Positions 54,791-64,000 of a DNA stretch of 64,000 bases are shown here, piece by piece; position 1 is the stretch's first letter; the number at the start of each line of letters is the position of its first letter. Origin of the DNA: Heterodontus francisci (taxonomy: Eukaryota); assembly GCF_036365525.1 (NCBI RefSeq), contig NC_090394.1:41127367-41191366 (forward strand), written 5' to 3'. The notes below the pieces were generated by a model. It was not told the DNA's origin. It saw nothing but the letters and a program-made list of their open reading frames with translations, and did no database searches. Position numbers and translations under genes: made by a program.

Positions 54791-56446
54791 GACTGGATGC
54801 CCTGTAGTGAGTGGGGTGTGTTTGGGTAGGATAATGTGATATGTAGCAAAAGTAACGTGAGGAAAAACCTTTTCATGGAGAGTCGTTAAGGTCTGGAATG
54901 CACTGCCTGAGAGTGTGGAGGCAGGTTTAATTGAAGCATTCAAAAGGGAATTATGCGGTTATATGAAAAGGAAGAACGTGCAGGGTTATGGGAAGAAGGT
55001 GGGGGAATGGAACAAAGTGAATTGCTCTTTCGGAGAGTTGTTGCGGAAATGATGGGCTGAATGGCCACCTGCACTGTAACAATTCTGTGATGTGCTGCAC
55101 CGACTAATGATCATCATTCTCCGTCTGGCTAGTATGCTTTCAGGTCAAATCTCAGTCATCCAGATGCAGGGTGAAGGTGCCTTACTTAATCTCCGAAGAG
55201 CTTCTGTTCCCATTGCACTAGTGTTTCTGAATGATTTTGTCAATTAGTAGGACCCTACCAAATTAACAGTAAAATTTCACAGTCACAGCATTTTAAGAAT
55301 TGTGATTTTCATGATTTCATGTATTTAAATTGTAAATTTCACGGTGTTGCAACAAACCATGAAAATTATCTAATTGAGACAACAAAAGACAAGGGAGTTG
55401 TTTGTTTGCACTGGAGTGCTGACTTGGGTTGCATTAGAGTGCTAAAGTGGAAGTTTGGTGACTGAGGGTAATTAAGGGTTAATTTTATCTTAAGTCTAGT
55501 CTGTCTTTTATTTAGCAGATTAACTTAACAGTTGCTGTTTGGGTTGGAGAAGGTGAGTTTTAGACCAGCTTTAAACAGGGTTTACTCAGGGTCTGCTTGC
55601 AGCTGTACCTTGTTAATTAGAGAATTGGCTTAAACCAGTTTTCAGGGGCTAGAGTTAGTAAGTGCTGCCCTTGTTTGTACTGGAGTGCTGAATTGGGTTG
55701 CATTAGAGTGCTAAAGTGGAAGTTTGGTGACTGAGGAAGTTCGGTGAGGAGGGAGCGAGGAGCTCCTTTCATTTCCTCCCTGTCCTTAGTGAGGGGAGCT
55801 GAGAGTTTCCAAAGAGCACAGCTGACTGGTGAGTAAGTCCTGGTGGGTATTTTTCAAATGGGATTGAATTGTAAGTCATGTTTTAGCAAGACTTAGTTGG
55901 TTTTTTTAAATTATAATCTTCTAAGGTTTTAAATTTAAAGGGTTTAGTCATGGCAGGAGAGCTTAAAGCCGTGGTTTGCTCCTCTTGCTGCATGTCGGAA
56001 TCCGGGAACATTTCCAGTCCCCGGGACCAGCATGTGTGCAGGAAGTGTGTCCAGCTGCAGCTCGTGGAAGCTCGGGTTTCAAAGCTGGAACGGCAGCTGG
56101 AAACACTGTGGAGCATCCGCGAGTCTGAGAGCATTGTGAATAGCACGTATAGAGAGGTGGTCACACCGCAGCTGAAGGGACTTGAGGAAGGAAGGGAATG
56201 GGTGACCACCAGGCAGTCCAAAAGAAACAGGCAGGTAGTTCAGGAGTCCCCTGGGGTCCCGCTTGCAAATTGGTATTCCATTTTGGAGGCTGATGAGGCT
56301 GGTTCCTCCATGGAGTGCGGACATAGCCAAGCTTCTGGCACCGCAAGCAGCCTGTCTGTACAGGAAGGGGGAAAGAGAGGAAGAGCAATAGTAATAGGGG
56401 ATTCTATATTCAGTGGAACAGATAGGCGCTACTGTGGCCATCAAAT

Positions 56447-56773
56447 GGGCGGCACAGTGGCTCAGTGGTTAGCACTGCAGCCTCACAGCTCCAGGGACCC
56501 GGGTTCAATTCTAGGTACTGCCTGTGCGGAGTTTGCAAGTTCTCCCTGTGACCGCGTGGGTTTTCGCCGGGTGCTCCTGTTTCCTCCCACTGCCAAAGAC
56601 TTGCAGGTGATAGGTAAATTGGCCATTGTAAATTGCCCCTAGTGTAGGTAGGTGGTAGGGAATATGGGATTACTGCAGGGTCAGTATAAATGGGTGGTTC
56701 TTGGTCGGCACAGACTCGGTGGGCCGAAGTGCCTGTTTCAGTGCTGTATCTCTAAATAATAAAAAAAAAATAA
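56447..56773 (+). mobile_element. tRNA-derived V-SINE (HE1-like) inserted in CR1 ORF1
   Basis: A/B boxes, V-domain and A-rich tail; the ORF1 esterase sequence resumes afterwards. Confidence 0.9.
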
Positions 56774-57850
56774 CGTGACTCCAGGATGGTGTGTTGCTTC
56801 CCTGGTGCCAGGGTCTGGGATGTCACTGAATGGCTGCAGGGCATCCTGAATGGGGAGGGTGATGAGGCAGAGGTCATGGTACCAATGACATAGGTAGAAA
56901 GAGGGATGAGGTCTTGCATCAAGAATTCAGGGAGTTAGTCAGTAGACTAAAAAGCAGGACCGCTCGGGTTGTAATCTCTGGATTACTCCCAGTGCCACGT
57001 GCTAGCGAGTATAGAAATAGGAGAATAGCACAGATGAATGCGTGGCTTAAGAGTTGGTGCAGGAGGGAGGGTTTTAGATTCCTGGACCACTGGGACCGTT
57101 TCTGGGGAAGGTGGGACCTGTACAAGCGGGACGGTCTACATCTGAACCAGAGGGGGACTAACATCCTTCCTGGCGGGTTTGCTAGTGCTGTTGGGAGGAG
57201 TTTAAACTAATTTGGCAGGGGGAGGGGATGCAGACTCCTAGCAGAATAGGGACACAGCTAAACACTGGAAAGCAAACAAGGCACAGGGAATACAACGGAA
57301 GTAAGTTTCAAGGGAGTAAGACCTGGACGGAAGGCCTTTACTTTAATGTCAGGAGTATTGCAGGTAAAATGGATGATTTAAGGGTAAGGATTGACGTGTG
57401 GAATTGTGATATAGTAGCCATCACGGAGACATGGTTGAGGGAGGGGCAGGATTGGCAGCTCAATATCCCGGGATATAGAATCTTCAGGCGAGACAGGAGG
57501 GGGTAAAAGAGGAGGGGACATTGCAATGTTAGTTAAGGAATCAGTTACTGCAGTAAGGAGAGATGTTATCTTGGAGGGGGCATCAAATGAAGCTTTATGG
57601 GTAGAGTTTAAGAATAAAAAAGGGACCGCCACTTTGCTAGGTGTTTATATTAGACCCCCAGATAGTCAGCGGGAAATTGAGGAGCAAATATGTGCTATTT
57701 GCAGAGGTGTGTAAAAATAATAGGGTAATTATATTAGGTGATTTCAACTTTCCCAACATTAATTTGGATAGTCATCGTGTTACGGGCTTAGATGGCGTGG
57801 AGTTCTTAAAATGTATACAGGAGAACTTTTTAGCTCAATCTGTAGAGGTT

Positions 57851-58077
57851 TTTTTTTATTTCCAAAATATACTTTATTCATAAAAATCTATAAAAATTAC
57901 ATTGCCAAACAGTTTCAAACAGCACCAAAAAATACAAACATTGCAAGGGAGATCAGTTTCCTTCTGTACTATCATGAGTTTCTTCACAACCCTTCCCTTT
58001 CACTATTGTCATGCCAATTACAGTTTTACATTTACAGCAAATGAAAATATCAACGATACAGTTCGAGGGGTTTCCCA
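57851..58077 (-). mobile_element. 5'-truncated poly(A) retroelement 3' end (L1/Tx1-like) inserted in the CR1 endonuclease
   Basis: Minus strand ends ATGAATAAAGTATATTTTGGAAATAAAAAAA; 18-20-bp TSD TAGCTCAATCTGTAGAGG(TT) at 57831 and 58078. Confidence 0.8.
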
Positions 58078-60789
58078 TAGCTCAATCTGTAGAGGTTCCA
58101 ACAAGGTAGGGTGCAGTGCTGGACCTAATTCTGGAGAATGAAGCTGAACAGGTGGTTGATGTGCTGGTGGGGGAACATTTTGGTGATAGCGACCACAACA
58201 TGGTACAATTTAAGCTTGTTATGGAGAAAGAAATAGACAAGTTGCAAAAAAAGGTGTTGGATTGGGGGAGAGCGAATTTTAGTAAAATAAGGCAGGATCT
58301 GGCCAAGGTAGACTGGAAAGTGTTACTTGTCGGGAAATCTACCGAAGAACAGTGGGGGGCATTCAAAAAGGAAATGGGGAGGGTACAGGCCCAACATGTT
58401 CCCTCTAGGGTAATAGGTAGTAGCAACAAGCCCAGAGAACCATGCATGACCAGAAACATTCAGGGTACGATGAGAATGAAAAGAGAGGATTTTAGCAAAT
58501 ACAAGGAGAGCAAATCAATGGAAGCATTAGTGGAGTACAGAAAGTGTAGGATGGAGCTTAAGAAAGCAATTAGGAGAGCAAAGAGGGGATATGAGAAAGC
58601 TCTGGCTGGTAAAAGTAAGGAAAATCCCAAGATATTCTATAAGTATATCAATGGGAAGAGGATAACCAGGGAAAGAGTAGGACCCATTAGGGACCAAGGG
58701 GGAAATTTGTGGGTGGAGTCAGAGGACATTGTTGAACGAATACTTCACGTCTGTCTTCACCCAAGAGAATGAGGATGTAGATATGGAACTTAGAGAGAGA
58801 GACTGTGAGGTTCTTGAGCAACTTGTCATAGGGAGTGACAAGGTATTGGAGGTTTTGGAAGGCTTCAAAGTGGACAAATCTCCAGGTCCGGACGATTTGT
58901 GTTCCAGGATGCTGTGGGAGGTGAGGGTGGAGATTGCAGGGGCTCTGACCCTAATTTTTAATTCCTCTCTGGCCATGGGGGAGGTGCCAGAGGACTGGAG
59001 AACAGCTAATGTGGTCCCACTATTTAAGAAAGGTTGTAGAGAAAAGCCAGGGAATTACAGACCAGTAAGTCTCACGTCAGTGGTAGGGAAACTATTGGAG
59101 AAAATTCTGAAGGAGAGAATGTATCTCTGGCTTCTGAAGGAGAGGCAAAATTTGATTGGGAATAGTCAGCTTAGCTTTGTCAGAGGGAGGTCATGCCTAA
59201 CAAATTTGATTGAATGTTTTGAGCATGTGACCAGGTGTGTAGATGAGGGTAGTGCAGTTGATGTAGTTTACATGGATTTCAGCAAAGCCTTTGACAAGGT
59301 CCCACATGGGAGACTTATCAAGAATGCAAATGCACATGGGATACAGGGTAACTTGATAAGGTGGATTCAAAATTGGCTTAGCTGCAGGAGGCAGAGAGTG
59401 ATGACAGACGGCTGTTTGAGTGACTGGAAGTCAGTGTCCAGTGGCGTACCACAGGGATCTGTGCTGGGTCCCCTATTGTTTGTCATTTATATAAACGACA
59501 TAGATGACTATGTGGGGGGTACGATCAGTAAGTTCGCGGATGACACAAAGATTGGCCGAGTGGTTAACAGTGAGGTGGAGTGTCTTAGGTTACAGGAAGA
59601 TATAGACGGGATGGTCAAATGGGCAGAAAAGCGGCAGATGGAATTTAACGATGAAAAGTGTGAGGTGATACACTTTGGAAGGAGTAATGTGACATGGAAG
59701 TGTTCAATGAATGGCCTGACACTGGGAAGTTCCGAGGAACAAAGGGACCTTGGCGTGTTTGTCCATAAATCTCTGAAGGCAGAAGGGCAGGTTAATAGGG
59801 TGGTGAAAAAGGCATATGGGACACTTGCCTTTATCAGTCGAGGCATAGATTACAAAAGCAGGGAGGTCATGTTGGAGTTGCACAGAACTTTGGTAAGGCC
59901 ACAGCTGGAGTACTGTGTGCAATTCTGGTCGCCACATTATAGGAAGGATGTGATTGCACTGGAAGGGGTGCAGAGGCGATTCACCAAGATGTTGCCTGGG
60001 ATGGAACATTTAAGCTATGAAGAGAGGTTGGATAGGCTTGGGTTGTTTTCGCTGGAGCAGAGAAGACTGAGGGGTGACCTGATCGAGGTGTACAAGATTA
60101 TGAGGGGCATGGACAGGGTGGATAGGGAGCAGCTGTTCCCCTTAGTTGAAGGGTCAGTTACAAGGGGTCACAAGTTTAAGCTGAGGGGCGGGAGGTTTAA
60201 GGGGGATTTGAGGAAGAACTTTTTTACCCAGAGGGTGGTGACGGTCTGGAATGCCCTGCCTGGGAGGGTGGCAGAGGCGGGTTGCCTCACATCCTTTAAA
60301 AAGTACCTGGATGAGCACTTGGCACGTCATAACATTCAAGGCTATGGGCCAAGTGCTGGCAAATGGGATTGGGTAGACAGGTCAGGTGTCTTTAATGCAT
60401 CGGTGCAGACTCGAAGGGCCTCTTCTGCACTGTGTTATTCTGTGATTCTGTGAGTTTCTGGTTTCAAATGGCATTAATTGTATACTCAAAAACTATTGTA
60501 AAAAGCTGACTATAAACAGGTCACTTTCTTTAATCACTGAAGTCAGTGGTTGAATGTGAACATGGAGCAACCTTCGACTGTCTCTCTTCATTCCCTGTCT
60601 CTGCGCTGTGAACACCTGTCTGTGTTTAGACACAGCTCTCTCCACGTTGAGTTTGTTGGAATTGTCAGACAGCGCCAAGCTAGCCTTGCAAGGTGGGGGA
60701 TTCTGCAATCCACAGAGTTCCAAAACTACTACTTCTTTGGCTTCCTTGTCTTGAGAGACAATGGGTAAGCTATAAAGGCCAATTCTCAA

Positions 60790-63700
60790 GTGACAGACTC
60801 TTCCACAGGTGCTGCGGATAAAATTGGTTGTCGGGGCTGTTACACAGTTGGCTCTCTCCTTGCACTCCTGTCTCTTTTCCTGTCAACTGCTAAGTCTATT
60901 CGACTCGCCAAACTTTAGCCCTGCCTTTATGGCTGCCTGCCAGCTCTGGCGATCACTGGCAACTGACTCCCATGACTTGTGATCAATGTCACAGAACTTC
61001 ATGTCGCGTTTGCAGACGTCTTTAAAGTGGAGACATGGACGGCCGGTGGGTCTGATACCAGTGACGAGCCCGCTGTACAATGTGTCCTTGGGGATCCTGC
61101 CATCTTCCATGCGGCTCACATGACCAAGCCATCTCAAGCTCCGCTGGCTCAGTAGAGTGTATATGCTGGGGATGCTGGCTGCCTTGAGGACTTCTGTGTT
61201 GGAGATACGGTCCTGCTACCTGATGCCAAGGATTCTCCGGAGGCAGCGACGATGGAATTAATTGAGACGTCGCTCTTGGCTGACATACGTTGTCCAGGCT
61301 TCGCTGCCGTAGAGCAAGTTACTGAGGACACAGGCTTGATACACTCGGATTTTTGTGTTCCATGTCAGTGTGCCATTTTCCCACACTCTCTTGGCCAGTC
61401 TGGACATAGCAGTGGAAGCCTTTCCCATGCGATTGTTGATTTCTGCATCGAGAGACAGGTTACTGGTGGTAGGTGAACTCTTGAACCACTTCCAGAGCGT
61501 GGTTGCCGATATTGATGGATGGAGCATTTCTGACGTCCTGTCCCATGTTCATTTTCTTGAGGCTGATGGTTAGGCCAAATTCGTTGCAGGCAGCCGCAAT
61601 CCTGTCGATGAGTCTCTGCAGCCACTCTTCAGTGTGAGATGTTAATGCAGCGTCATCAGCAAAAAGGAGTTCCCTGATGAGGACTTTCCGTACTGTCATC
61701 TTCACTCTTAGACAGGCAAGGTTGAATAACCTGCCATCTGATTTTGTGTGGAGGAAAATTCCTTCTTAAGATTTGAACGCATGTGAATGCAGCAGGGAGA
61801 AGAAGATCCCAAACAGTGTAGGTGCGAGAACACAGCCCTGTTTCACGCCACTCAGGATAGGAAAGGATAGGAATTGTGCCTTTCATATTGTCATGGAATG
61901 AGGTGATGATACTTAGTAGCTTTGGTGGACATTTGATCTCTTCTAGTAGTCTGAAGAGACCACGTCTGCTGACGAGGTCAAAGGCTTTAGTGAGATCAAT
62001 GAAAGCAACGTAGAGGGGCATCTGTTGTTCGCGGCATTTCTCCTGTAGCTGGCGAAGGGAGAACAGCATGTCAATGGTGGATCTCTCTGCTCGAAAGCCA
62101 CACTATGCCTCAGGGTAGACACGCTCAGTCAGCTTCTGGACCCTATTTAAAGCGACTCGAGCGAAGACTTTCCCCACTATGCTGAGCAGGGAGATTCCAC
62201 GGTAGTTGTCGCAGTCACCGCGGTCACCCTTGTTCTTATAGAGGGTGATGATATTGGCATCGCACGTGTCCTGTGGTACTGCTCCCTCGTCCCAGCACAG
62301 GCAAAGCAGTTCGTAGAGTGCTGAAAGTGTAGCAGGCTTGGCACTCTTGATTATTTCAGGGGTAATGCCGTTCTTCCCAGGGGCTTTTCTGCTGGCTAGA
62401 GAATCAATGGCATCACTGAGTTCCGATTTTGTTGGCTGTATGTCCAGCTCATCCATGACTGGCAGAGACTGGGCTGCATTGAGGGCGGTCTCAGTGACAA
62501 CATTTTGCCTGGAGTACAGTTCTAGGTAGTGCTGCACCCAGCGGTCCATTTGCTTGCGTTGGTCAGTGATTGTGTCCCCTGATTTAGATTTGAGGAGGGG
62601 CGATCTTCTTGATGGTTGGCCCAAAAGCTCTCTTAATGCCATCATACATTCCTCTGATGTTTCCAGTATCGGAGGCCAGCTGAATATGACTGCATAGGTG
62701 TTGCCAGTAGTCATTTGCGCAGCGCCTGGCTGTTCTTTGTGCAGCGCTTCTGGCTGCTTTAAGTGCTATGGATGTTAACTCGCTGGGGGCTTTCTTGTAG
62801 TTCAACAGTGCAATGCACTTAGCGGCTATGACAGGATCCAGCTCTTCAAAGTGAGATTGAAACCAGTCTGCATTCTGCTTCACACGTTTGCCATAGGGGG
62901 TCATAGCTGAGTCACAGATGGCGTCTGTGATGTGGGCCCACTTGGTCTCTGCATCCCCTGTAGGACTGTTTTGAAGGACTTTTTCAAATGAATTTAGAAA
63001 CTTATGTAACAGCTGTGGATAAGAAATTCTGCTAGTGTTGATGCGCGGGCGGCCCTTCTGCTTGGAGTGATGCAGCTTCTTTGGTTTGAATCTAACCTTG
63101 CTGCACACCAGGGAATGGTCGGTGTCGCAGTCCGCACTGTGGAAGCTGCGTGTGATTTGAACGCTGTTTAAAGAGATTCGCCTTTTGACGATGAGGTCCA
63201 GCTGGTGCCATCGACGTGATCTTGGGTGCCTCCAAGAAACCTGGTGACAGGGTTTCGTATGAAAGAACGAGTTGGTGATGCAGAGGTTATGATAGGTACA
63301 CAACTCAAGCAGTTTCTGTCCATTCTCATTCATCCTTCCAATGCCATAGCGCCCAAGGCGGGAGGGCCATGAGTCATGGTCGGCCCCAACCCTGGCATTA
63401 AAGTCCCCCAGCAGGAACAGATGCTCGGTATTGGAGATGCTACTAATATTATGGAGTTGCTCGTAGAACTGGTCTTTAGCTTCAGTGCTGAGCAGAGTGT
63501 TGGAGCATAGATGCTGAGTAGGTGGACTGGACCAGAGGCGGTGAGCAGTCGGATGGACAGTCTGCGTTCCAAGCCATTTGAAGGTGGCTCTGTCATGCTG
63601 AGCAAAGAGTTTCTGATGGCGAAGCCCACTCCATGCTGTCTTGGTTCTTCAGGATCCCTGCCCTACCAGAAGAAGGTGTAGTCTTGCTCTCTTAGAGATC

Positions 63701-64000
63701 CGCTCGCAGGGAGGCATGTCTCCTGAAGTGCTGCAATGTCCACATTGAGTCTACTGAGCTCGTTATTAATGATGGCGGTCTTCCGAGAAACGTTGATTTG
63801 TGTAAGGTCTTCCGACAGGCCAGGATACATAGTTCTGACATTCCAACTTGCAAAACGAAGGGCTGGTACCTTCTTTCCTTTTTTTTGTCATGCTGTTTGG
63901 TGCGGTGTTGCAGTCCACTTTTCCGGTAATGACCCTGAGCTCCAAGCACCCATTGAAGCAGGTGGACTGTGGCGGGACAGAACCTTACTGACCGGGGGCT
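60790..64000 (-). mobile_element. RTE-clade LINE (APE-RT), frameshifted
   Basis: SIYAPTL, NENGQKLLELCTYHNLCITNSFF, NYRGISLLSIVGK, YVAFIDLTKAFDLVSR, LLFADDAAL, RWLGHVSRMEDGRIPKD. Confidence 0.94.

Larger units (their letters stand above)
55400..60452 (+). mobile_element. Near full-length, relatively young CR1 LINE in DCTN5 intron 1
   Basis: 5' UTR with a ~66-bp duplication. ORF1 from 55950 (CSSCCM..HVCRKC zinc finger, leucine zipper, GDS esterase, DGLHLN). ORF2 APE (CDIVAITETWL, GDFNFP, SDHN). RT open over 58729..60453 with FADD. (ATTCTGTG)2 terminal octamer. Confidence 0.96.

Noticed and set aside
55950-56642. 230-aa ORF as a novel fusion protein
   Set aside because: It is CR1 ORF1 reading by chance into an inserted SINE; the same SINE-derived peptide ([15 protein letters not shown]) recurs at other copies.
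58729-60453. 574-aa RT ORF as a domesticated gene
   Set aside because: It starts at a TTG after a frameshift within a CR1 ORF2 and runs into the element's 3' tail; no sign of independent gene structure.
60550-60770. DCTN5 exon 2 candidate (ends in a GTAAG donor-like site)
   Set aside because: I could not find the expected [23 protein letters not shown]-like peptide; exon 2 probably lies beyond the window.

Overview
This is eukaryotic, intron-rich vertebrate DNA, not prokaryotic. It is most likely a cartilaginous fish (shark), inferred from HE1-type V-SINEs, SacSINE1/Deu-type SINEs and dense CR1 LINEs. I reconstructed three host genes by hand from GT-AG boundaries and translation. NDUFAB1 (mitochondrial acyl carrier protein) is on the minus strand with 4 coding exons and 155 aa. 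PALB2 is on the minus strand with 14 coding exons and about 1340 aa. The first exon of DCTN5 is on the plus strand, head-to-head with PALB2 across a ~435-bp bidirectional promoter. This matches the human NDUFAB1-PALB2-DCTN5 order and orientation. Most of the remaining sequence is transposable-element debris. It includes a decayed full-length Gmr1-type Gypsy LTR element with the unusual PR-IN-RT-RH domain order and three nested insertions, several CR1 LINEs (one near full length with an open RT frame), an RTE LINE, Penelope-like elements carrying degenerate hammerhead-ribozyme cores, a hAT MITE and many SINEs. I found no convincing wholly new biological system. The best leads are the hammerhead-bearing Penelope insertion at the NDUFAB1 promoter, the Gmr1 element inside a probable 3'-UTR intron, and lineage-specific PALB2 features (no ETGE motif plus R20, an extra intron, a repeat-flanked symmetric exon, a stop-free in-frame intron 1). 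Comparisons with human proteins and repeat-family names come from recall, not from a database search.
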